A DNA stretch of 64,000 nt from Leucoraja ocellata (lineage: Eukaryota). Location of the stretch: contig JAWMAR010000033.1 in NCBI GenBank assembly GCA_036785375.1, positions 10,912,001 to 10,976,000 of the forward strand, in the 5' to 3' direction. The notes under the pieces are model-generated. The model searched no databases. It saw nothing but the letters and a program-made list of their open reading frames with translations, and was not told the DNA's origin. A program made the position numbers and the translations under genes. Below, one piece after another: positions 50,930 through 63,000 of the stretch. The stretch's first letter is position 1. Each line of letters begins with the position of its first letter.

Positions 50930-51117
50930 ATAGGAAAGAACTGCAGATGCTGGTTTAAATCAAAGGTAGACACAAAATGCTGAAGTAACTCAGCAGGAGA
51001 GGCAGCATCTCTAGAGAGCAGTCTGAAGAAGGGTCTCGGCCCGAAACGTCACCCATTCCTTCTCTCCAGAGATGCTGCCTGTCCCGCTGAGTTACTCCAG
51101 CATTTTGTGTCTACCTT
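50930..51117. mobile_element. Palindromic Penelope-derived unit
   Basis: Inverted arms around the core. Related units or half-units lie at about 706-895, 1785-1910, 12450-12570, 13680-13970, 14160-14340, 15543-15735, 43366-43545, 45770-45960, 46718-46815, 47038-47223, 47415-47620, 48770-48925, 50168-50390, 53832-53930, 58772-58900, 60140-60345, 61410-61541, 62570-62752 and 63798-63957. Confidence 0.8.
51023..51050 (+). ncRNA. Minimal hammerhead ribozyme-like core within a Penelope terminal repeat (representative copy)
   Basis: CTGAAGA-A-GGGT CTCG GCCC-GAAAC-GTC provides the CUGANGA box, a 4-bp stem II, the GAAA box, a palindromic ACGU stem III and a GUC triplet. Stem I is only about 2 bp. 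Confidence 0.55.
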
Positions 51118-51529
51118 CCCTTTGGATTTCCGCAGTTCATTAATGTTAAAAGTCACTTCACTGAACAATCAATACTCAGCAATTGTTTCCTCATTTTGAA
51201 AAGGCAATTAGAATAATTTGTGTTCATGGAATGTGATCTTTCTTGGTTAATTAATATCTCACTGCCCCAGGCTGTTTGACTGATCCAGCATTTCCTTCCT
51301 TCCAGACTCCAGGTGCAGAATGAGGTAGGCTCAGAATCCCACAGCACAGAAACAGGCCCTTCAGCCCACCATATCCATGCCAGACACCAAATACATCCGC
51401 ACTCATCTGTGGCAACTTGTGGCCAACAACTAAATTTGACAAACATTCGCTATATAGACATCGGAGAAGTTTTTTTTGTCATTCCATTCAGGGTTTGCTG
51501 TAGATTACAATAGAAGACTGGAATATGGA

Positions 51530-53510
51530 TAGTGTTATCTTTATTTCAGAAGGGCTGCAAGGGAAATCCACAGAACATTAGGCCAAAGAGTCTCATATCT
51601 ATGGTGGTAATGCCACTGTATGGAATTTGAGGGACAGGATCTACTTGTGTTTAGAAGGCAGGGTTTATGTGTGGGATATCATGTCTCATCAATTTGCTAA
51701 AGTTGTTTCAAGAGGAGACCGATGAGGGCAGATGTCTACAAGGCCTCCCATGTAGCAGACTGGTCAGGATCAGATGGCATCCTGGGTGAGGTAGCCAATT
51801 GGATACAAACTTGGTTTGGTGACACAGGTCAAGGTGTGGTAGTGGAGGCTTGTTGTCAGACTGGAGGCCCATGACCAGTGGAGTACCGCAGGGATCCGTG
51901 CTGGCTCCACTCTTCTTCATCATCTATATTAACAATTTGGGTGAGAATGCCGTTGGCAAGGTTAGGAAATTTGCGGACGACAACAAAATTGTAGTGGACA
52001 ATGAAGAAGGTTATCTGAAATTACAGCAGGATCTACAGGAAGGCTTTTTTGCTTGAAGACCAGTGGGGTTACAGGAATCAGCTTGAAGACCAGTGAGGTT
52101 ACAGGAATCAGCGCTTTGTCCTTTATTATTATTCATATACAAGTGTCTGCCAAACACTTGCACTCGGCTGCCAAGCTCGGCAGGATCTCCGGTTTGCTAA
52201 TCCTTTTAACTCCTCTCACATTCCCAGAGTGACCTTTCTGTCCTGGGCCTCCTCCATTGCCAGAGTGAGGCCACGTGCAAATTGGAGGAACAGCACCTCA
52301 CCTTGGGTAGCTTACAACCCAAAATTGAATTCTCCAATTTCAGGCAACTAGACAAAACCCACCTTTTTTCCTCTCTCTCTTCACTGTGTCCTCGCTGGAC
52401 TCACACCCATTTCTCCTCTCCCTCTACATTCCTTCCTCTGGCTTCACAATTCACAACTGTTCGCTCCATATCTCACAGCTTTTGTCTTTTCATCTCTGGC
52501 CTTTCTCCAACCATCTGCCTATCAAAATCCCCCTCACCCATATCCACCTATCACTGGCCAGACTCTGTCCTGCTCCTCTTCTCTTCCAGCCTTTCCCCCC
52601 ACCCCCTCACCACGATCAGTCTAAAGAAGGGTCCTGACCTGAAACGTCACCCATCCATGTTCTCCAGAGATGCTACCTGACCTGCTGAGTTACTCCAGCA
52701 CTCTATGTCTTTTTTTTTTAGTAAACCAACATCTGCAGTTTCTTGTTTCCACATATATACTAAAGATTTGGATGAGAATGTAGATGGCATGATTAGTAAG
52801 TTTGCAGGTGACACTAAAATTAGCGATGTAGTGGACAGGGAGGAAGATTATCCAAGGTCACAAAGGGATCTAAATCAACTGGGAAAGTAGGCAAGGGAAT
52901 GGCTGAATTTAGCTATCATTGTAAGTGCAAAGTGATGCGTTTTGTTATGTTAAACCAGCCAGGATATACAAAGTGCAAGGTAGGAGTACAACTATATAGT
53001 TCCCTGAAACTGGCAACATGGGTAGATAGAATGGTGAAGAATGTCATATTATCGGCTGTGGCACTAATTATAGGAGCTCAGAGATCATGTTACAGTTGTA
53101 CAATTCGTTAGTTAGGCCACACCATGCTACAGGAAGGATGTGATCCAGTTAAAGAGGGTCAGAAAAGATTCCCAGGAATGTTACGTGCACTGGTATTACT
53201 GGAATTACAGGGGGAGATGGATAAACTGAGACTATTTTCCCTGGAACAAAGGTGGCAGAGGGGTGAATTTCTAGATGTTATAAAATGTTCAGGAGCTTAT
53301 ATAGGATAGATTGTCACAGGGTAGGGGAGTTTGAAAGTAGAAGACATAGGTGTAAGAAGGGACAGATGTGAGAGGCCAGCTTTTCACACCCAGGGGTTAT
53401 ATGGAATGAGCTGTCAGAAGAGATGGTAGAGGCAGATACAGGTACAGGGTGGCAATACGGTTGGATTGAAGAGCCTGTTTCCGTGCTGTACAACTCTATA
53501 GCTATATGAC
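51530..53510 (+). mobile_element. Degenerate CR1 reverse-transcriptase fragments flanking a nested Penelope fragment
   Basis: SGVPQGSVLAPLFFIIYINNL...KFADDNK (51850-52056) and DLDENVDGMISKFAGDTK (52750 onward), with many stops and frameshifts. Confidence 0.8.
52140..52750 (+). mobile_element. Penelope-like retroelement 3' fragment (GIY-YIG endonuclease C-terminus, pyrimidine-rich UTR, terminal repeat)
   Basis: Degenerate ...FNS.SH...DLSVLGLLHCQSEATCKLEEQHL(T)LGSLQP..IEFSNFR, typical of the C-terminal end of PLE endonuclease ORFs. It is followed by the same terminal motif as the short dispersed units. Confidence 0.75.
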
Positions 53511-54684
53511 TGTAACGTTTTAACCCAAAGTGAGAGTAAGAAACCGCCACTCGACCACCGTCACACTTAGAATTCTTTGCCGGAATGAGTTTCATTATTG
53601 TGATTTATGCACAAGTCAAATACTCTCAAGAATCCATCGCATCTATTTTGCCTCCCACATTAAAGCAGGGTATCAAGTTCAGCCATAGCCAACTCCTCCA
53701 TATCTACAAATGGCCATATTGCACTTTGATACCAGAAGCATTGACGTGAATAGATATTTCTGTTGCTCTTTTGCTCCCTTCCTGCCCCTTCCAATCCATC
53801 CAATCACACACAACAAACAAGGAAAACACCTCAGTCTGAAGAAGGGTTTCGGCCCGAAACGTTGCCTATTTCCTTCGCTCCATAGATGCTGCTGCACCCG
53901 CTGAGTTTCTCCAGCTTTTTTGTGTAACCTCATGTTACTATCCTGTTACCTAATTTATTGGATGACTTAACTAAACAAAGTTGGAGTCCAGAGATCAGGA
54001 AGGCTATCATTTCTAAATTCTCAGTGGTGTCCACAGGCAGTATTTGGCTGTATTAATCTTAGCGTGTCTGTTGCAAAATAATGGGAGGGCAAAGATTAGC
54101 TGGTCAAGCAGAGAATCACATAAATTCATAGGATAATAGCAGGCTATACAGACACATCACAGTTATCCTGTCTGTAAAGTAAGCAATCAGACTATTCCCA
54201 TCTCCTCGCACCATCTCATAGATTTGGCCACACAAAGTGCTCATTCCAGGTATTGTTTAATACGCTGATGGATTTTGTACACAAGACCCTTTCTGGCAGT
54301 AAGTTACAGATCATTCCCACTCATTAGATCTTTAAAATGTCTACAACTCATTCGTCTACATATTTACCTTAAATCCAAAATATAGTTATTGTGCTCTCTA
54401 CAACTATGTTTCCCATTTTCACCTTACTTTGATCTCTCAGCTGTCTGAAACTTAATAAGAGCTTCCTTTCCCTCCTGTATTTCGGCTTATATTGGGTCTA
54501 ATTTGGTAATTTTCCTTGAATCCTATCGTTTTTACCTTTCTGAACAAGCTATAATGTGGGATTTTAATCGTTCCCTGCAGCCTATTTCCACACACTATAT
54601 CAGACGTGTCGTCCTCACCAATACTCCTTGTTATCTAAATTTAAAACATTCAAACTTGACAAATCCATGCTTGATTAATGTGGA

Positions 54685-54825
54685 GGTTACACAAAAAAGC
54701 TGGAGAAACTCAGCGGGTGCAGCAGCATCTATGGAGCGAAGGAAATAGGCAACGTTTCGGGCCGAAACCCTTCTTCAGATAAGGAACCCTTCGATTCTCC
54801 AGCATCTGCAGTTCCCTCTTAAACA
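54685..54825. mobile_element. Penelope-derived unit with 15-bp TSD
   Basis: Flanked by CTTGATTAATGTGGA at 54670-54684 and 54826-54840; intact hammerhead-like core on the minus strand at 54751-54778. Confidence 0.85.
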
Positions 54826-57159
54826 CTTGATTAATGTGGATCTGTTTATTTATCATTTTCTTCTGTTCCCCACCCTGTCTGTTGGCTCCACCCTGTTAAT
54901 AGGCTGACTGGCTTCTAAATAGACAGTCTTTCTTTTTTTCATTAGTAAACAACAGACTCAGAGATGTAGTGCACATACACAGGCCCTTCATCTTATTTTG
55001 TCCATTCCAACCAAGTTGGCATACTGGGCAAGTCCCATTTGCCTACATTAGGCCCGTAGCCTGCTGAACCCTTCCTAGCGGTACATCACTCCAAATGTTT
55101 TTCCACAGATGATATCCATGAGTTGCTAAAAAGGACAGAATAAAGGTACATGGAACTAATCCTGGGAAACATGAGGCAACACATTTTGGAAGCATTAATA
55201 AGACCAGGATATACAAGGATTGGTAAACCTGAGGAAATAGCAAATAACAGTGATGTAGAAGTCATGTTCATAAGTGATAGGAGCAAAAATTAGGCCATTT
55301 GGCCCATCGATTCAACTCTGTCATTCAGTCACTGCTGATCTATCTTTCCCTCTCAACCCCATTCTCCTGTCTTCTCCCCGCAATCCTTAACACCCTTATT
55401 TATCAGTAATCTGTCAATCTCCACCTTAAAAATACCCAATGACTTGTCCTCCACACCCACAGCTGTCTGTGGCAATGAATTCCTCAGATTCACCACCCTC
55501 TGATTAAAGAAAATTCTCTTCATCTCCTTTCTAAAAGTACAATGTTTTATTTTGAGACTGTGCCCTCTGGCCCAAGACTCTCCCATCAGCTTCCCATGCC
55601 AATTTAAAAATATATTTTAATATTTCTAAATATTTACAACAAATATTTAGGCCAAAATTGCTGAATGATTTTCTGTGCAATACATTTTTTGTGGTTCTAC
55701 TACATTAACTAAAAACAGTTGCACCATTGAAACTGTATCACAGATCTCTTTATAACGTGACCATCAAAAAATATTTCATAATTTAACCACAGTAGGCACA
55801 CAGTCAGTCACACACCTGCATTGTGAAAGCCCTTACATCGCACTAACTGCTAAACTCCAGATAGATAATCAGGCACTGGCCTTTGGCTCATGGGATTTGC
55901 GTGTTGTTTTACTTAATATATCTCACTCTGGAGATTGTACACTGCTCATAGAACCACAAGGGGCCTGCATCTGACAACTGTCCTCAATCACAGATTATTT
56001 TTTCTCAAGCAGTGGAATATCAGGGTGTTATACAGTCCTTGCTATTTGCTACAGATAGGGATCCAGACTTCCCATAGATAACAAACAAAACACAGACACC
56101 ACTAAGGCCACTGGCAATGACAGTTAACTCATAGAGCCATAGAGTGTGGAATCTAAAACTATGTTATAACAAACATTAAACTCTGCAGATAGAGGAGAGA
56201 CAAGAGAAAGACATTATATTGCAGCTGCCGTGTTGTTGCCAAGCCTGCCTGTCTCCTTTCAAAGCCTCATTTCATCCTCACCCTAATTCACAATTCCACT
56301 TAGTTATGCGTCATCTCCAGACTTGAAAATATAATATGTGGTCCCCTCAGCAAAAATCATTGATAGTGAATTGACGGAGCTCCAACAACCATTCTTCTGA
56401 TATCCTACTAGTTGACTGCAAGGACAGTCAGAGGATAAGTAATCTGTGGGAATCATTACCACAAAGGGTTGTGGAGGCCAAGTCAGTGGATATTTTTAAG
56501 GCAGAGCCAGACATTGTATCGAGTTTCACTGTACCTTAATTGGCACACGTGACAATATACTGACCTTTGAAACAGGTTCTTGATTAGAACGGGTGTCAAA
56601 GGTTATGGGGAGAAGGCAGGAAAATGGGATTAGGTGGCAGAGATCAGCCATGATTGAATGGCGGAGAAGACTCGATGGGTCGAATAGCCTAATTCTATCC
56701 CTATAGCTTGTGAACTTGCAAAGACAGCAGATTAGTGCAAAGGTTATAGTGAAATCTGAAGTTGTATAAAGAAAATACTGAAGTGCAATAATTAATAATG
56801 TACTGTTTTATATTCATGCCCCTCTTCTGCCGATCAAATCATACCATACACAGCACAATCAAGCCTCGCACACGTCCGTCAAAGTTAAATAAACTATGGA
56901 TACATCACCTGTACACGTGATGGGATTGGACAGGCTAAATGCAGGAAAAATGTTCCCGATGTTGGGCGAGGCCAGAACCAGGGGTCATAGTTGAAGAATA
57001 AGGGATAGGCCATATAGGACTGAGATGAGGAAAAACTTTTCCACCCAGAGTTGTAAATCTGGGGAATTCTCTGCTACAGTAGAGGCCACTGGATGTCTTG
57101 TCTTGTCTTGTGGTCATCACTCCCGAAGAGTCCACCAGGGGCTATACTGGAAGTATCCT

Positions 57160-57383
57160 ACACCCACTAGGGACAATTTTTACATTTAGCAATTAACCTA
57201 CAAACCTGTACATCTTTGGAGTGTGGAGGGAAACCAAAGATCTCGGAAAAAACCCACGCAGATCATGGAGAGAACGTACAAACTCCGTACAGACAGCACC
57301 CGTAGTCGGGATCGAACCCGGGACTCCGGGGTTGCATTCGCTGTAAGGCAGTAATTCTACCGCTGCACCACCATGTCCGCCCA
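57160..57383 (-). mobile_element. tRNA-derived SINE (HE1/V-SINE-like) nested in a CR1 tail spanning 56920-57550
   Basis: Pol III A box TGGTGCAGCGG, B box GGTTCGATCC and central GCTGTCTGTACGGAGTTTGTACGTTCTC domain. Other copies lie at about 3260-3520, 8325-8550, 9830-10090 (-), 13425-13655, 18420-18670, 37275-37565 (-) and 62770-62940 (-). Confidence 0.8.
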
Positions 57384-59149
57384 TGTTTTCAAGAGAGTTA
57401 GATTTAGCTCTTAGGGCTAACGGAATCAAGGGATATGGGGGAAAAGCAGGAACGGGGTACTGATTTTGGATGATCAGCCATGATCATATTGAATGGTGGT
57501 GGTGTTGGCTCGAAGGGCCGAATGGCCTCCTCCTGCACCTGTTTTCTATGCAAGTGTTACTACCTGGACTCATTCCATCTCCTGTTCCACCTTCATCGCA
57601 ACAGCATAATTCTACAGAGGAAACGCAAGCGTATCCACATTTCCACAATATTTCTGTCAAGTATTTTGAGAGCGATGGCAGAGCATCTTTTAATGCCACC
57701 ACTATGACCATTTTGAGTAACACGTCCAACTCCATAATATTCACCAGAATTAACGAGTGTCATTTAAACATTCATCACTGCTACCACTATGGATCACTTC
57801 TCTCATTACAAGCATGGTCAAGATTTTTTAAATAGAGATAAATAATCTTTTTATTTACAACAAACATAGGAACCAAACTCAAGAGACAAACACCTTACAG
57901 GCAGCTGTACTTAATGCTTTCTTAGTGACACACCACAGAATTCAATGCTTGCTGTGGGAACACAATGAAATGCAGATGCTGAAATCTTGATTAAAACACA
58001 AAGTGCTGGAGTAACTCAGCAGTCCTGATGCATCGGAGGCATCTTCAGATGAAGTCTGAAGGAGGGTCCCAACCTATCCATTCCTCCACAGATGCTGCCT
58101 GACCCACAGAGTTACTCCAGCACTTTGTGTTTTACTCAATGCATGCCATCCTTATTAAGAGAATATATTACTAGTGCAGGTTCCAATTCCTCAGTGACCC
58201 CCAGGACACATTGTGTGCTAGGTGATTCCCATGTCCCCTCCACACAGACAATGCCTGCACTCATTGTGACCTCAGGGTTCCTCTGAGGTGTGACAGATTC
58301 TTGATTAATAAGGGTGTCAGGGGTTATGGGGAGAAGGCCATAAAGGGCGTACCTTTAAAAAGAGGAGGAGGAATTTCTTTAGCCATTGGGAGTTGAATCA
58401 GTGGATTTCATTGCCACAGACGACCATGGAGGCCAAGTGATTGGGTATTTTTAAAGCGGAGATTGACAGATTCCTGATTGGTTAGGGTGCCAAACGTTAC
58501 AGGGATAAAGCAGGAGAATGGGATTGAGAGGGAAAGGCAGATTGAATGGTGGGCTAGACTCAATGGGCCAAATGGACTAATTCTGCTCCTATGACTTTGA
58601 ATGTCATGTTCTCTTTGTAGCTCAAGAAGTAGTCAAACTTTACAGTAAAGTTCATGTCAATGAAGCAGCAGTGGGGCATTAGGCCCTTCAAGTCTACTCC
58701 GCTGTTTAATCATGGCTGATCTATCTTTCCCTCTCAACCCCATTTTCCTGCCTTCTCCCCATTACCCCTATCAGTCTGAAGAAGGGTTTGGCCCGAAACG
58801 TTGCCTATTTCCTTCGCTCCATAGATGCTGCTGCACCCGCTGAGTTTCTCCAGCTTTTTTGTGTACCGTCGATTTTCCAGCATCTGCAGTTCCTTCTTGA
58901 ATATCCTTACTTGGTTTCTTGGTCCTCCAAAATATTCCAAATGGAATTTAAACTGGAGGTGGTCCATTTAAACTGATCAAGTACTTGTCAAACTCCACCT
59001 TAATAACAACCTGTTTGGCCTCCACAGTCGAGAGGAGAGGGGAGGGGGGTTGTTTTGAAACACCTGCACTTACCTAGGCAGGCGTCCTCCATGCTGGCCA
59101 ATGGCCCGTGAGGGAAGATAACACCTCAGTCACTCACACTGGGCCATGT

Positions 59150-60060
59150 TGAGTGTAGCGTCCCCTCCCCCCTCCTTTGTGGACTACCTGTCACCTGGCC
59201 GCCGTCCCCTGCACGTGACAGGGGCGGGGATAGTAGTCACATGGTGGGGGGGGCGGCAGTGTGACGCAAATCCCCCCCGCTGACGTCACGGCGCGGGCCC
59301 GCGCTGCAGGTCGCGCGCGCTCTCCGTGTCGCGCGCTCCGTGTTGTCCATGTCATTCCCGGCCGAGCCGGCTCGCGGAGGCACACACACACACACGGCTT
59401 CTCTCGGCGGCAGCGCCAGCGCCAGCGCCACGGTCTGAAACACAGCGGCGGCGGAGTACACCCCTGGACTAGGTAACGCCGACTTTACCTGTTGAAATGT
59501 CACGGTTTGCCGGGCGGAATTCTCGCTTTGGTTCCACAGAAAAAACGGTCAGAAATCGTCCCCCCCCCCCCCCTCTCGTCGTCCATCGGCGAGCGGAACT
59601 GACGTCGCGTGATTGACAGACGGGCCGGCCGATGGCGGGCAGGCTTCGCGTTGACTGGCAGCGGCCACGTCCAATGGATCGGATCAGGAGGCGGGCGGTT
59701 GTGTGGATGGGCGGGACTTCCGGTAGGGGTCGGGAGGTCGATCGGCGTCTGATCGAGGCCTCGGGGCGAGTCCGCAAGGTCACCCGGCGAGGAGCCCGCT
59801 AGCGGCGGCCCTGCCTCAGCCTAGTCTCCGCTGTTGTTGCCCGCGGTGATTCCTGGATGGCGTCGGCATTTATGGCTCTCCCCACGTCAGAGCTCCGGGG
59901 CCGCGATGCCGGCACCTCCATTTGCCGCTTGACCGGGGAGAGCTGCCCGGCTGCCCCGCACCCTGGCCCGGCCCGGCCCGGACCACCGGCAGGCACCCTT
60001 GTCCCCGGCCCTGGATGGAGGCTGCAAACTCGGAGCACCCACCCATCCGCCCATCCTTGC
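59150..60060. promoter_or_regulatory. CpG island, probable bidirectional promoter of unidentified gene(s)
   Basis: High CpG density. Contains a perfect CRE TGACGTCA (59281-59288), E-box CACGTG (59212-59217), CCAAT (~59671), ETS ACTTCCGG (~59716) and GC boxes. Plus-strand donor TAG|GTAACG at 59473; minus-strand donor TAG|GTAAGT at 59073. Confidence 0.8.
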
Positions 60061-63000
60061 TGGCTGCCCAGTTACCCTGGTTAGACGAGAACGGGCTCCA
60101 ACATCTGGGTGACCACTTGACTTGTTAATAGAGTATAGAATAAAAAGCTGGAGTAAGTCAGCAGGACAGGCAGCGTTTCTGGAGCGAGAGAACGGGTGAC
60201 ATTTCGGGTCGGGACCCTCCTTCAGACTGACATGAAACGTCACCCGTTCCTTTCTCTCCAGAGATGTTGCCCGCCCCGCTGAGTTACTCCAGCATTTCGT
60301 GTCTTATCTAAAGTGTAAACCAGCATCTGCAGTTTCCTTCCTGCACACTTGACTACCCTTGACAAAAGTTTCCGCTGAAACCAACGCCCTGGAAACCATT
60401 CTCCCTTTGTCAGTAAGAAGCCAATTCCGTTTCCTGCAGAGGCCTCTCACATGAGAAATCCCCTTTGCTGGGCGTGCAGTGGGATTAATGGGAACACTCC
60501 TAGATCTGAATCGGATGAAGGCTCACCTTGCCAGTACACTTTGTAGTGCCTAACTCAGGCAATTTTCATTAAGATTCCGTTTTTAGTGACGCTTTTGTTG
60601 AAGCTGTAAGTTCAGAAGAACTTATAGAAGTTGTAAGTTCAGCCTTCATCCTCCTGTACTGTCGCACATTTGTTCGTTAGTTGGTTGCTCTAACTTATAG
60701 CATGGTTTCAGGGTGAAACTACATGTGGGCCAGAAACACCAAGGAGTGAATTCTTTGGTACAATTGATTTCTTGAGATTTTACTTTGTTTATTCTCCTTA
60801 AGATTATAGAAAAGAATGAAGTTTTCCTTTGGTGTTCAGTCCACATTGTGATCTCCACTTAGTGAGCTGACTACAAAATGCAGATTGTGGAACTGTTTTG
60901 TGGAGTAGCTGCATTCAATGCACAGCGGCGGCTCGGCGCTCCCTTTCCCCTGTCACTTTAACTCTTGCTCTGTCTGACTTTCCGCACTGTTACAGTGTGC
61001 CCTGACGTAAATTGAGGAACAACACCTTTTCTGTCAGAGAACATTGCAGGCTTCTGGGCTCATTAGATTTAGATTAGATTAGATCCTTTATTTGTCATCA
61101 GACCTTTCGGTCTGAACGAAATGTCGTTGCCTGCAGCCATACATACAATAATAAACACCTAAACACAAATTAACATCCACCACAGTGAGTTCACCAGGCA
61201 CCTCCTCACTGTGATGGAGGCAAAAGTCTTAAGGTTACTGTCTCTTCCCTCCTCATTCTCCCTCTGCGCTGAGGCGATATGTTGTTACCCCACTCGTGTT
61301 ACTCATGATTAAATTCTTAGATAACCTGCTCTCTCTGATGGAACTGACCATTTTCTATGTGAAATATTGGCTCAGCTTTTCTCACAGTACAACTTGACTT
61401 GCGGGACAAATCGGAAGAAGGGTCTCGACCCGAAACGTCGCTTGTTTCCTTCGCTGCATAGATGCTGCCTCACCCGCTGAGTTTCTCCAGCATTTTTTAC
61501 TTTACCTTCGACTTTCCAGCATCTGCAGTTCTTTCTTAAACATATGGGACAAATGTTAATTAGTTTCAAAACTTTTAAGTTACTGTGTCCATGTTCTCTA
61601 TCCAGATAGTATAATTTATTTTCCCCTCTACACTAGTTACGAAATAATGATTTCTGCTATTTATCCTCATGGCAACCCTAGCTTCACGTGATCAAGAGAG
61701 ATATCTTTTGCCCTACCTATTCGTTCCTCCACTCTTTACAACTTGTTTTCTCACTTTCCCAGGTCTCACAGTCCTTTGCCTGATAAGCAACCTGTTTATC
61801 TTTAACCAGGATTTCTGACATTTCATATTTCCAATGTCAACAGCCTTTTTGGTTTATTTTCATCACCAAATGTAGTTAACATCCCTCTGATGGGTTAACA
61901 TAATACATATTAAAAATAAGGCAGTAAATCTACATTAGCGATGACCGCTTGTGTAGTGAATTTTGTGTAATAGGATGCAACAAAGTTATTTGGAACTCAT
62001 GGTAGGAAACACTTCCCCACAGGAGTTCTGTCTGGTTCTGGAAGGCATACGTTTAGAGGGGTTCCGAGGGATATATTTTAACCCAGAGGGTAGTTGAATT
62101 GTGGAACACAGTGGCTGAGGAGGTGTTGGAGGCAGGGAAACACATAGGTCTCTAAATGAGCACTTAAGCTGCTAAAATATAAAGGCTATAGAAACCAAGC
62201 ACAGGTTTATATGGAAGAATGCCCAGTGCTGGAGTAACTCAGCTGGTCAGGCAGCATCCCCAGAGAACATGGATAGGTGGCGTTTCAGGTCGATACTCTT
62301 TTTCAGACTTATTTTCGGGGTGCAGGACATCGTGTGGCATGTATTAGGTAAACTGGGTAAAGGGGAGGGTATTTTGATTGGCAAATGGTTGGACTAAAGC
62401 CAGAGGAGGAAAAAGAGGTATGAGACGGAAGTTGTGGGCTGGGTATTGTAGGATCGTGCTAGTGTATGGGGTGATTGCTAGTCGGTGTAGACTCAGTGGG
62501 CCAAAGGGCTTGTTTCCATGCTGTGGCTCTAAAGTCTAATTGAGATGTGACCCATCTATCTGAAGAAGCTAGACACAATAAGCTGGAGTAACTCAGTGGG
62601 ACCGGCAGCATCTCTGGAGAGAAGGAATAGGTGACATTTCGGGTCGAGACCCTTCTTCAGACTCCAAAGAATGGCTCGACCTGAAATGTCACCTATTCCT
62701 TTACTCCAGAGGTGCTGCCTGGCCCACTGAGTCACTTCAGCTTTTTGTGTCTGTCTCCGATGTCTATCTACACCCTGCCTACACATTCAGGGCAATTTAC
62801 AGATGCTAATTAATGCGATGTGGGGTGAAGCGGGAGCACCCGGAGAAAACATACACGGTCACAGGGAGAATGTACAAATTCAGTACAAACAGCACCTGCA
62901 GTCGGGAATGTGTCTGGCTTTGGAAGGTAGCAACTCGTCCGCTGAATGGTCTTGGTGCTGTAACTCTTTTATGATTCTATCCAGTCTGTTTGTTGCATCC

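Noticed and set aside
52051-52112. Short local tandem duplications (30 bp x2 here; ~26 bp x2 at 44112-44169; ~72 bp x2 at 36915-37085)
   Set aside because: Ordinary slippage duplications with no sign of function.
57300-57383. tRNA-like A and B boxes
   Set aside because: This is the head of a SINE followed by its body; no complete cloverleaf is present.
59857-60084. 75-aa ORF MASAFMALPTSELRG... in the CpG island
   Set aside because: No recognisable homology and no clear donor site; ORFs of this size are expected by chance in GC-rich DNA.
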